NCBI GenBank assembly: GCA_965217185.1
Contig: OZ244252.1
Span: 2,912,001 to 2,976,000 of the forward strand
Length of the DNA stretch: 64,000 nucleotides
Direction: 5' to 3'
DNA from: an uncultured Candidatus Entotheonella sp.
Lineage (GTDB): Bacteria; Tectomicrobia; Entotheonellia; Entotheonellales; Entotheonellaceae
The notes beneath the pieces were generated by a model, which did no database searches, had not been told where the DNA came from, and was given only the letters and a program-made list of their open reading frames with translations. The position numbers were made by a program, and so were the translations under genes. Of the stretch, positions 10,044 through 18,974 are shown piece after piece. Numbering within the stretch: the stretch's first letter is position 1; each line of letters begins with the position of its first letter.

Positions 10044-10130
10044 GGAAAGCCTCCGATCAGTGGGTAAATGGCGGGCCGGTAACGACCTCGGTGTGGCGTT
10101 GCGGGTAGTATAGTGTTCCCTATGCCCCTG

Positions 10131-10547
10131 TCAATTCGCCCCCTCGCCCTCCGGCGGCCTGCCTTGGCGCCGCAACTCAAAGCCCCGCATGATGACGTAG
10201 GCGATGAGGGCGAAGACGAAGAACACCAGCAGAATCCAGGCGACGCTCTGCAGCGTGCCGATGAGCGTGCGGTATACCTCGAGTATCCAGCGGTCGGCGT
10301 TGAGCACGATGGGTTCGCCGTCGTCCGTGCGCGCCGTGATGTATTTCTCCAGGCTCCAGATGCGCACGCCGCCGGACACCCCGACTACCACCACCGCAAA
10401 GCTGAGATACCGGTTCCACGCCTCGCTCAGCTCCGCCGATACCACGCGGTCCAGGATTTTACGGATCAGCCTGTCAAACAGCCGGATCACCAGCAGGCTA
10501 GTCACCAGCGCGATGAGCAAGGTGACGACGAGAAGGGTAATGAACAT
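10131..10547 (-). CDS. Hypothetical membrane protein (about 3 TM)
   Basis: Hydrophobic segments; AAGGAG SD before MFITLL; a diverged partial copy at 13130-13253 supports it being coding. Confidence 0.75.
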   Translation of the reverse strand: MFITLLVVTLLIALVTSLLVIRLFDRLIRKILDRVVSAELSEAWNRYLSFAVVVVGVSGGVRIWSLEKYITARTDDGEPIVLNADRWILEVYRTLIGTLQSVAWILLVFFVFALIAYVIMRGFELRRQGRPPEGEGAN

Positions 10548-10664
10548 GGGAGGCTCCTTATCCGAATTCATTGTGGCCTGCAGTACCAATCTTGACGCAT
10601 CCGGAAGCTGTGACTTAGAGTCGCTGCTCCTTTACTCGGGTATTGCTACCCGCCGACAATCATA

Positions 10665-11195
10665 ATGGAACAGAGGAGGCACTTGGTGATCAGGACGCTC
10701 AAGATATTCCTTCCGATTCTGGTAGTGATGTTGGCGCTGCCGCAAATCGGCATGGCTCGGGAATTTGCAGAAATATATACCGACTGCGGTATCGGCGGCA
10801 TGATCGCGCCACGCAGCGATGCTGTTGCTGCTGTAACGAACGTCACCTGGGACCTCGGCACAACCGCCATCTCTTCCAACATCTCCTCTCCAGATTCGTG
10901 TTCCGGTGGGCAAGCCGAGAAGGCGGCCTTCATTCACGACTCGTACGACGCACTGGAATTGGACCTCGCCAGCGGCCACGGCACCTACCTGGATGCACTG
11001 GCGGCTCTGGCGGGACATGAAGGACAGGCGCAGCAGCGTTTTGTTACAGCGGTCCGTGCCGGTTTTGCCAAACTCGTGACGGCACCCGACTACCACGAAC
11101 AAAACCGGTTCGCCAAAGCGGAGGCTCTGTACAATCTGGTCAACGGGGAGTCCGAGAGCGTCACAGAATCGACGACACCCGTGAATAACGGCTAA
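10665..11195 (+). CDS. DUF3015-like exported protein
   Basis: Signal peptide; CGIGGMI..AVTNVT..TTAISS..C..FI..YDALELDLASGHGTYLDALA pattern; upstream of a DUF4105 gene. Confidence 0.7.
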   Translation: MEQRRHLVIRTLKIFLPILVVMLALPQIGMAREFAEIYTDCGIGGMIAPRSDAVAAVTNVTWDLGTTAISSNISSPDSCSGGQAEKAAFIHDSYDALELDLASGHGTYLDALAALAGHEGQAQQRFVTAVRAGFAKLVTAPDYHEQNRFAKAEALYNLVNGESESVTESTTPVNNG

Positions 11196-11209
11196 CCTTT
11201 CTTTTTGCG

Positions 11210-13128
11210 GTGCATCCATCAGCAGTGGGCTTGTGGCGTTATGCAACAGGCTCGCTGCTGTTTTGTTTTGTGCTCCTCCCGTGTGCACTCCCTGCGTGCG
11301 CTTCCCCGTTGACAGAAGCACTACAGGTCGCGGCTCGTCTTGACCTGGTCCACCATCCTATATGGTTCAAGCTCTTACATTTTGAGGGGCGCCTGCCCCA
11401 AAGCGTTGTTTTAACTGACGACTTTTTCCTTTCGCCTGAAGGCAGAAGCAATCCGCAGGCCGAATTGCACGCCACGCTTGAGGCTTACTTCCTGCCTTGG
11501 CAGCAAGATACTGATGAACACCCCCGCTGTCGATTTCCAGCTCGGTACTACTGGCTTTCCCGTCAACTTCCCCTGCCTGGCTACGTGCTGAACGAGCCTC
11601 AATGTCGGCGCCTGTCAGACTGGGCGCTTCTTGACCGCGTTAAATCCGTCAGCCTGCTTCTGGTCAGCGGCTACCTGGGCAACCCCGCCTCCACGTTCGG
11701 ACACGCGCTTCTCAAGCTCAATACCGATTCATCTGACGACGATTACGGACTGTTCGATCTCACCCTCAATTACGGCGCCTTGATTCCCGAGAACGAAAAC
11801 GCGCTCCGCTACGTTGTACGGGGACTTCTCGGCGGCTATGAGGCCGGCTTCTCCGACCGTTATTTCTACACCCAGGACCTCGTCTATTCTCACACGGAGT
11901 TTCGCGACATATGGGACTATAGGCTCAACCTGTCGAACCATCAGCGCACCCTGCTGATTCTCCACATCTGGGAAATCATCGGCAGGAAATTCGTCTACTA
12001 TTTCCTTACCAGGAACTGCGCGTTTCGCTTGGCGGAATTGGTGGACCTTGTGGTAGACGACCTGATCATTGAACGAGCGCGATTGTGGTACCTGCCCGTT
12101 CAATTATTTCACCGGCTGAACGCAATCGACGCGGCGAGGCAACACTCAGGGAGTGGCAATCTCGTGGAGGCCGTTCGGTTCATTCCTTCCAGCAAGCGTA
12201 CACTGGCGCACCGGGTACACAACTACTGACAAAGCAGGAAATCGGGGCTATGAATGCCATTCTTCGAGACGGGCAGTCTTCTCTCGACACCCGCTTGAAG
12301 GGGCTCAGTAACGAGCGCAGGATCGTCGTCTTGGACAGTCTGCTTGCCTACCACAAATACCGATTCATGTCCCGTAAGCCAACGGACGAATCGACACTCC
12401 AGCACCTCAAGAGAAAGACGCTGCTGGCCCGTTTGCAACTGCCGGCGCAGCCAAGGCTCACTCCCGACATACCGCTCCTGCCCTCTCCTGCCGACGCATC
12501 AGACCCGATGGCGTTTGGGGTCAGTGTGGCCAGCGACACCGCACATGAGGACCCCTTTCTGCGACTGACATGGTCGCCTTTCAAATTGGAACGTTTGGGT
12601 CGCAACAGTATGGAAGGCAGCGAACTGGTGCTGCTGGACGTTGCAGTGGGGCTTTTCGGAGACGGGCGCGAGATTTTTCTCGATCAACTCGACCTCATTC
12701 GTGTATCCAGCCTTAACACACTGCCCGTACCGCTCGTCGGGGAAAATCCGATGTCCTGGCGGTTGCGCGTCGGCGCTGTTCGCGTCGAAAACAGAAGAAA
12801 GCCTGTCTACGACAGCGCAGCAAGCTTTGGCATCGGGTACGCCACATCGTGGCAGTCCAGGTTTATCGGATACGCCATGGCCGACTTGGCGGTTCACACG
12901 CTGTCTCCCCACGCGCGATTGCGCCCCCATCTGGGCCTGAGCACGCATTTGGCAGGTCTTCGTACATGGGCGTACGTGGGCGCCGAGTCAGCCGGCTACC
13001 GAGGTGATTTCCGGGCCGTGTGGGGAGGAAAATTGGAGGTCTCGCTGACCAAGCGCTTCGCCCTGCACGCCGAGTTCGGCAACGAACGGGCAACCCGCGC
13101 GTCGCTTGGGCTGAATGTAAACTGGTGA
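11210..13128 (+). pseudogene. DUF4105 (Lnb N-terminal-like) protein with predicted C-terminal beta-barrel; frameshift near 12215-12229
   Basis: W..LLH, DFFLSPEG...ELHAT, CRFPAR, NPASTFGHALL, FRDIWDYRL and YYFLTRNCA. Continues in ORF 12085..13128, ending GLNVNW. The sequence gtacacaactactg has an apparent extra CA. Confidence 0.75.
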
Positions 13129-13129
13129 A

Positions 13130-13253
13130 TCGCCGTCGTCCGTGCCGCCGTGATGTACTTTTCCAGGCTCCAGATGCGCACGCCACCGGACACCCCGACC
13201 ACCATCACCGTTAAGCTCAGATACCGGTTCCACGCCTCGCACAACTCGGCCGA
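13130..13253 (-). pseudogene. Internal fragment of a paralog of the 10131..10547 gene
   Basis: Direct repeat of 10315-10439 with 11 mismatches and a 1-nt deletion by manual alignment. Confidence 0.85.
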
Positions 13254-13375
13254 CTAGTACCCAGTCAATCTGAAAAGTGGGGGAAGGACCATGCCATGTG
13301 CACCCATGCCTCGCGAGGCATGGCCGAGCTGGACGGTTTTCGGCATCCGTACATATCACGTTGACGAGGTACTAG
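13254..13375. mobile_element. MITE-like miniature element (122 bp)
   Basis: Terminal IRs ctagtacccagtcaa / ttgacgaggtactag (13/15) with CTAG at both ends; internal palindrome ccatgcctcgcgaggcatgg; too short to encode a transposase. Confidence 0.6.
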
Positions 13376-13401
13376 GAACAATAAAACCAACTCGAACAAG
13401 A

Positions 13402-14716
13402 CAATACTTCGGACAGTCCTCAAGCCGCCCTGTCAGTGATGATGCCATAGTTACAAAGGTCTTGGTAATCGGGGCTGGATTTTTCCAGGCTATGCCCGTG
13501 GGCTAAATGCCGAGAAATTCGCTCCAGCAGATGTTGGTTGAAGGCGCGCCGTTTGAGACTCGCCATGGAAAACCCTGCCTGGGCACCGCCGCTTTGCTGT
13601 CGTGCTTCCAGCTTGCCCAAGGTCAGAGCACTCATACTGGCATTGAAATGAAAATGCAGCTTGGCTTGCGAGCGCGCTTGACAGGCACTCAGAGACGTAA
13701 ATTGCTTGGCGTCCCTGAAGAGAAACTCGATTTGGAAGCGTGCTTTGTATCCACGATAAAGCGTCTGCGCATCCAAGTCGGTATCGCTGCTGAACAGGAT
13801 CGCCCGCCGCTGGGTATGGGTATCGACGACGAGCACCACACGCAGATTGCGCCGAAGATGGACGTGGTTGAGGACTTGATGGTAGAGCACCACGTCGTCG
13901 TCTTCGCTCTGTACCCGTTCAAAGCGTGACAGGTCGTCCCACTGGACCTTACCGTCATAGGTCTTGGGTCGCCCCGGTCCCGAGCGCCCCGGTCCTTGGT
14001 AGAGATAGCGCAGATTGGCGTCACGGCGCAGTTTGCCAATCTGGTGCATCCCCAGGGCGCCAACCCCATCGAGGAATTTACGTTTACTGTAATAGCCATC
14101 CGCTATCACGTAGCGTAGATGACCCAGGTGATGGTCACAGACCACACGCTGCAATTGCTCCAGATAGGCATCGATGCGTGTGCCTTGTGGCTCCGAGGTC
14201 TTGTCGCTTGGGGGTGTCTGCTCGACACTGAGGCCATAGGCGCATTTGTCGGTGATGTCGAGCCAGGCTACAGCAGAGACTTCCAGACCTTTTTCACTGC
14301 GCCGCTGGCGGCTGTTCCAGAAGCGTTCAAGACCATAGGTGTGGGTGCCACTTTTGGGGATAAAGCTGGCGTCGATAACGAGGGCCTGCTGATGGTCGGG
14401 CGCCATCACCTGGGTAATCGCTGCTTTGTTGAGTGCGACAAAGTCAAACGGTCGGTCGTACCACCGCGCAAACGTACGTTCGTGATAGGAACTGTAGCGG
14501 CTGAGATTACGAAACGTGGCGTGGCCGGGAAGCATCAGCACAAGCCCCAGCAGATGGGTAATGAACTTTCGTTGCGGTTTCTTGGTTTGGGGTAACGTCG
14601 CAAGTACACTCTGAAGCAGTCGCACGGAGCACCTCCATTCTTGGTTGCGTTGGCTAACACAACTCTAGAATTGGAGGGCTCGTGCGGCTGCTTTGTCAAA
14701 ACTGTCCGATGTATTG
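13402..14716 (-). mobile_element. Insertion sequence, IS4 superfamily (IS701/ISH3-like), ~1.3 kb
   Basis: IRs caatacttcggacagt / actgtccgatgtattg (15/16); no obvious target duplication. Confidence 0.85.
13420..14625 (-). CDS. DDE transposase (IS4 superfamily)
   Basis: VIDASF, IADGYY, GKLRRDANL and YKARFQIEFLFRDAKQ (Y-2-R-3-E-6-K). Confidence 0.9.
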   Translation of the reverse strand: MRLLQSVLATLPQTKKPQRKFITHLLGLVLMLPGHATFRNLSRYSSYHERTFARWYDRPFDFVALNKAAITQVMAPDHQQALVIDASFIPKSGTHTYGLERFWNSRQRRSEKGLEVSAVAWLDITDKCAYGLSVEQTPPSDKTSEPQGTRIDAYLEQLQRVVCDHHLGHLRYVIADGYYSKRKFLDGVGALGMHQIGKLRRDANLRYLYQGPGRSGPGRPKTYDGKVQWDDLSRFERVQSEDDDVVLYHQVLNHVHLRRNLRVVLVVDTHTQRRAILFSSDTDLDAQTLYRGYKARFQIEFLFRDAKQFTSLSACQARSQAKLHFHFNASMSALTLGKLEARQQSGGAQAGFSMASLKRRAFNQHLLERISRHLAHGHSLEKSSPDYQDLCNYGIITDRAA

Positions 14717-14789
14717 TTCCACCTAATTTAGGGGGTAATTTGGGAACAACGGGTGGGCATTGAAGAATTGTCACCCGTTCTGACTCGGA

Positions 14790-14970
14790 TGATCTGCTTC
14801 TCTTTACTGGCCTTGCGTCAGAATTAGTCTGCTTTGAAAGAGGAGATAGACCATGAAGTAACCAAGCTATGCCGAACAACGGATCAGGGGCATATTGATG
14901 GAGTGGACATCTCAGCAGTGACACTGCACCGCGAGCACGGGACCAGTTTCCCGGGCTTTCTCAACCTTGC
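14790..14970 (+). pseudogene. Degenerate left end and orfA relic of an IS3-family (IS407-group-like) element
   Basis: TGATCTGC...AATTAGTC end-like sequence, GAGGAG SD, ATG at 14853. Reads MK*PSYAEQRIRGILME then (frameshift) LHREHGTS, resembling the MKxSRFTEEQIIGIL..CRKHGIS pattern of OrfA. Confidence 0.4.
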
Positions 14971-15299
14971 CGCCTTCATCGTCATCGCCAAAGGTATTTT
15001 GAGATGACTTCTGGCAACAATCGACAATAGCTACGGTAACCCAGCCGCAACGCATTCGGCTTGCGTGGTCATTCGGACAGGGGTATAGTCCCCCGTCCAT
15101 CAAATGGGCATCGACCGGACGGCACGAGCCGATGTGCGATGCCCGCACGTCACTCCAGTTATGAAAGAGGTTTATGGAATCGGGCGACCCTGTTCGATCA
15201 TGCCGATTATCTGAAATTGTCATTACCTCTCTGTGCCGCGCGGGGAATCAGGAGGAGGTGAACCGTCCCTGACCGTTTGCCTCAATAAGGGTGCATAGC

Positions 15300-15350
15300 A
15301 ACCGAGCGCCTTCCCCAAGCTTCGAGACGAGGGGGCGATTCGGTTTTTTT
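15300..15350 (+). terminator. Intrinsic terminator-like hairpin
   Basis: Imperfect stem aaccgagcgccttc...gggggcgattcggtt followed by T7. Confidence 0.55.
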
Positions 15351-15378
15351 GTGTCCGCAGCACACAAGGAGATGCGCT

Positions 15379-15582
15379 ATGACCCTTACGCCGCCGCAAG
15401 GAGTCCTGAAATTTACCGGCCGCAATCGCCTGGAAGCCAAGCGCAAGGCGCTGCGCTTCTGGCGATCCCACCAAGGGCTGTTGCACGAGAGCATGCAGGA
15501 CTTCGTGAAGCGCTGCACGCTGAGCCCCGACGAGAAAGTGATTACATACCGCCGCTTTCCCACACTCGACCCGTCGCGCTGA
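15379..15582 (+). CDS. Small hypothetical protein (67 aa)
   Basis: AAGGAG SD 7 nt before ATG; MTLTPPQGVLKFTGRNRLEAKRKALRFW...; directly upstream of cca. Confidence 0.6.
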   Translation: MTLTPPQGVLKFTGRNRLEAKRKALRFWRSHQGLLHESMQDFVKRCTLSPDEKVITYRRFPTLDPSR

Positions 15583-15610
15583 ATACCCCTCACAGGACTA
15601 CCGCAGCATC

Positions 15611-17026
15611 ATGGACCTGCACCCCGCCGTTTTGTCGCTCGTAGACGCCGTCCGCGCAGCCGGCGGGCGCGTCTACATGGTGGGCGGCACGCTGCGGGAT
15701 TTCCTGCTGGGCAAGGCGTACAAAGACCTTGATCTATTGGTTACCGGATTGCCCCAAAACGATCTGATGCGCCTGTTGCGCCGCCGCGGGCGGGTGCAGC
15801 GCGTCGGCCAAGCCTTCGGGGTGCTCAAGTTCCTGCCGCGCGAGTGGGACGGCTCACCCATCGACATCGCCCTGCCTCGCGTTGAAACCTCCACCGGCAT
15901 TGGCCACCGGGATTTCGAGGTGGCCTTCGATCATACCCTGCCCGTTGAAACCGATCTCGAGCGCCGCGATTTCACCATCAACGCCATGGCGCTCGACCTG
16001 CTTGACGAGCGCCTCATTGACCCATTCGGCGGGCACGCCGACCTGGAACGGTGCCTGCTGCGTCAGGTCAGTTCGATGGCCTTCCCCGAAGACCCCCTGC
16101 GCATGCTGCGCGGGGTGCAATTTGCCAGCCGTTTCGGGCTGCACGTCGAGCCGGAAACGCGCTCGGCGATGTCGGCGCACGCCACTTCGATCGACACCGT
16201 GGCACCCGAACGGATTGCCATGGAGTTGCAAAAGCTTTTCCAGGCGCCCAAGCCATCGCACGGCTTTGTCCTGATGCAAGAGGTGGGATTGCTGCCGCAT
16301 CTGTTCCCTGAGATCGACTGCCTGACAGCCCTTCACGACACCCGGTCGGCGGCATCGCAGGGGGATGCGCCGCTGGAGACCAGCCTGTTCGGATGCAGCA
16401 TGCGGCGGCTCGACGCCGTCCAGCAAGGCGCCGATGTGGTCAACCGCGGCGATTTACACGTGCTGCTGGCGGCTTTGTGGCTTGACTGCCAACCAGCTGA
16501 GGACGAATCCACGGATGCGCAGCAGGCGCCGTTGCAATGGGCTGCCGGTCTGGCGCAGGAACGCCTGGAGGCCCTGCGTGCCACCACCATTGGCGTTCGG
16601 CCCGCTTTGGTCGCCGCCCTGATCGCCGGGAGCGATTTCGAGATCGATGCCCTGGCCCCGGCGGGGGGCCTGCGCCATTTTGCCCACAGGCTGGGGTGCG
16701 ACGAGGCGTTCATGGTGATCGATCTTCGTGTTGCCGAACGTCTTGCCAACCACGCTGTCCAAGGAATTGACGACCTGCTGGACGTGCGCCGACGCCTGCG
16801 TGCTGAAATCGAGCGGGGCTCACCCCTGGGGCTCAAAGACCTCGCGGTCAACGGCAACGACCTGCGGCAGATCGGCGTTACGCCCGGTCCGGGCATGGGA
16901 CGGATTCTGAACGATCTATTGCAGGAAGTACTCGACGACCCTGCCCGCAACACCCGCGAGGAATTGCTGGCCGCGGCCGCTAAAGCTGCGTCGATAACAC
17001 CACGGTCAGGACCAGAAGAGCAATGA
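15611..17026 (+). CDS. cca: CCA tRNA nucleotidyltransferase (class II)
   Basis: VGGTLRD..DLDL, DLERRDFTINAMA, DPFGG, EDPLRMLR and ERI..EL; C-terminal LAVNGNDL..GPGMGRIL. Confidence 0.9.
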   Translation: MDLHPAVLSLVDAVRAAGGRVYMVGGTLRDFLLGKAYKDLDLLVTGLPQNDLMRLLRRRGRVQRVGQAFGVLKFLPREWDGSPIDIALPRVETSTGIGHRDFEVAFDHTLPVETDLERRDFTINAMALDLLDERLIDPFGGHADLERCLLRQVSSMAFPEDPLRMLRGVQFASRFGLHVEPETRSAMSAHATSIDTVAPERIAMELQKLFQAPKPSHGFVLMQEVGLLPHLFPEIDCLTALHDTRSAASQGDAPLETSLFGCSMRRLDAVQQGADVVNRGDLHVLLAALWLDCQPAEDESTDAQQAPLQWAAGLAQERLEALRATTIGVRPALVAALIAGSDFEIDALAPAGGLRHFAHRLGCDEAFMVIDLRVAERLANHAVQGIDDLLDVRRRLRAEIERGSPLGLKDLAVNGNDLRQIGVTPGPGMGRILNDLLQEVLDDPARNTREELLAAAAKAASITPRSGPEEQ

Positions 17027-17474
17027 TGAGGTAGGAAACAACCTGCATGCGCCCAGTAACGCGATCAACGACTTTGGCGTCCAGGGGATAGATGCCAGCG
17101 TCCATTCGGGTCAGGCGGAAGGCCATGCTAAAGAGTTGCATGGGCACGAGAAAGGCCACCACGAAGACGGACGCCAGCTTGAGGATCAGGACAAGATGAA
17201 ACGTCGCTAGGGCCGGCTCGTCGCCGGCGCCGAAAGCCCGGTAGGCCGGCGGCAGCAGGTACAGCCCGCCCGTCATGATTAGCAGCATCAGGGCCAGCAC
17301 GACGGTGGTGAAGAAGGGCCGCAGCGTGCGCGCCAGGAAGTGCACCCGGATGTGTACGTCCTCGGTGCTACGCCTGAGCACCGGCAGCCAGAACGCGGTG
17401 AGGAAGATGTAGCCGCCCAGGACGACGGTCATGGACAGGATGTGAATCCAGTGCATGAGGTTGAAAAATGCCAT
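16980..17474 (-). CDS. 4-TM membrane protein (CopD-like fold suspected)
   Basis: HWIHILSMTVVLGG, LLIMTGG and LILKL hydrophobic pattern. Confidence 0.6.
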   Translation of the reverse strand: MAFFNLMHWIHILSMTVVLGGYIFLTAFWLPVLRRSTEDVHIRVHFLARTLRPFFTTVVLALMLLIMTGGLYLLPPAYRAFGAGDEPALATFHLVLILKLASVFVVAFLVPMQLFSMAFRLTRMDAGIYPLDAKVVDRVTGRMQVVSYLIIALLVLTVVLSTQL

Positions 17475-17655
17475 GCCATCTCCAGGGCGCGTACGGTCCG
17501 GCTGTGGACGGGAAGCCTACACGACGACGTGCGGAATCGTCAAATTCCGCACGCCGCGCGGGTTTGAGGGGCAGCGGGAAGTATGGTACATTTCGCCCTT
17601 CCCCATGAAGGTGCGAACCGGTATTTTTGAATTGTGAGCCAAGGGAGTTGCAGGA

Positions 17656-18000
17656 ATGACATTACAGGAACTGCAGAAAATGACCGTCGTCAAGCTGCGA
17701 CAGGAAGCGATGCAGCACGACGGCATTGACGGTGTCAGCAGCATGTCCAAAGCCGAATTGGTCGAGGCGCTGGCCGAACTTTCGGGAATCGATGCGACAA
17801 CGCCGGCGCGGGCGTCACAGGCGAAGATTTCCGGCGACAAATCGGTCCTCAAAAGAGAGATTCGCTCGTTGAAGGCCACGCGCGATGAGGCTTTGGGGAG
17901 CGGCGATGCGAACGGCTCGGACCGCGCCCGGCTGGACATCAAGAGGCGCAAGCGTGCGCTGCGGCGCTTGGCCGAGAAAACTCAAACCGCCACGGCTTAA
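17656..18000 (+). CDS. Small basic protein with Rho N-terminal (HeH)-like domain
   Basis: ELQKMTVVKLRQEA...GVSSMSKAELVEAL followed by a basic coiled-coil; GGGAG SD. Confidence 0.65.
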   Translation: MTLQELQKMTVVKLRQEAMQHDGIDGVSSMSKAELVEALAELSGIDATTPARASQAKISGDKSVLKREIRSLKATRDEALGSGDANGSDRARLDIKRRKRALRRLAEKTQTATA

Positions 18001-18038
18001 GCAGCATGGAACGCCGTCAGGATGTGAGAGAACATGAT

Positions 18039-18155
18039 ATGAAAACGCCGACGAAGAAACGCAACAAAACAGCCCGCCTGAAAGCGATGCTGAAAGCCAA
18101 GCTGCGGCGTGCCCGTCTGCGCGTCAGCAAGGGCGAACGGAAGTACAGCCGCTGA
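18039..18155 (+). CDS. Very basic 38-aa peptide (absent from the ORF track)
   Basis: MKTPTKKRNKTARLKAMLKAKLRRARLRVSKGERKYSR; 17 K/R; fills the gap between two genes. Confidence 0.55.
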   Translation: MKTPTKKRNKTARLKAMLKAKLRRARLRVSKGERKYSR

Positions 18156-18212
18156 CGGCCCGACGGACCCGCCCGACAACAACATCACCCATCGAACCCT
18201 GCCTTTCACAGT

Positions 18213-18944
18213 TCACCCGACACGGGCAACGGTGTACACGTCGACACGCGTTGCCCCGGCTCGCCTCAACATGCGGGCACACTCCTGCGCCGTTGCCCCC
18301 GTGGTGTAAACGTCATCGATCAGTAACAGCGACCTGTCCTCGCAGGACCGGTCTGGTTGCACCCGAAATGCCCCGCGAATGTTGCGGCGGCGTTCGGTGG
18401 CGCTCAGGCCGATCTGCGACCGGGTGTGCGTGTGCCGAATCAACGCCTGGCCCCATACGGGAATCCCGGTTTCCTGCCCCAAGACGTTGGCCAGAGCCTG
18501 AGCCTGATCGAACTCGCGTTGGCGCAGCCGCAGCCGGTGCAACGGCACGGGCACCAAGGCATCGGGCATCCGTCCGCCCCAATGGACCGCGAATTGCCCG
18601 CTCAACAAATCAGCCAAGGGCCGGACGAGACCGAACACGGGCCGATACTTCATGGCGTGGATGACCTCCCGCAACGTGCCCTCGTACAGCCCCACGGCCC
18701 GTGCCCGCTCGTAGGGCGGCGGGCTGAGCAAGCATTTGCCGCAGCGGTGCGCGGCACTGCCGATGCCCTCCACCGGGGCGGCAAACGGCGTCCCGCACTG
18801 CGCGCAGACCGGGGGGCGCACGAATTCGACTGTAGTCCAACAGCCCATGCACACCCACGGATCGTTTGTTCCCGACGTACTCGCCTCGCATACCACACAA
18901 CGCGGCGGCAGGATGAAATCGCACAAGGCGCGTAGGATTCGCAT
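18213..18944 (-). CDS. comF: ComF-family protein (double zinc ribbon + PRTase)
   Basis: Four CxxC motifs, VPVPLH..R.REFDQA, LLIDDVYTTGAT. Confidence 0.9.
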   Translation of the reverse strand: MRILRALCDFILPPRCVVCEASTSGTNDPWVCMGCWTTVEFVRPPVCAQCGTPFAAPVEGIGSAAHRCGKCLLSPPPYERARAVGLYEGTLREVIHAMKYRPVFGLVRPLADLLSGQFAVHWGGRMPDALVPVPLHRLRLRQREFDQAQALANVLGQETGIPVWGQALIRHTHTRSQIGLSATERRRNIRGAFRVQPDRSCEDRSLLLIDDVYTTGATAQECARMLRRAGATRVDVYTVARVG

Positions 18945-18974
18945 GGCAGGCTCCCGCGGGCGCCGCGACCCGCA

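Noticed and set aside
14717..14745. Possible integrase att site (ttccacc...ttagggggtaatttggg)
   Set aside because: No integrase, tRNA/tmRNA or second copy is visible in the window.
15305..15342. Resemblance to the 3' half of tRNA-Gly (cttccccaagct...acgaggg..cgattc)
   Set aside because: No intact TTCGA T-loop, acceptor stem or CCA end; better explained as a terminator hairpin.
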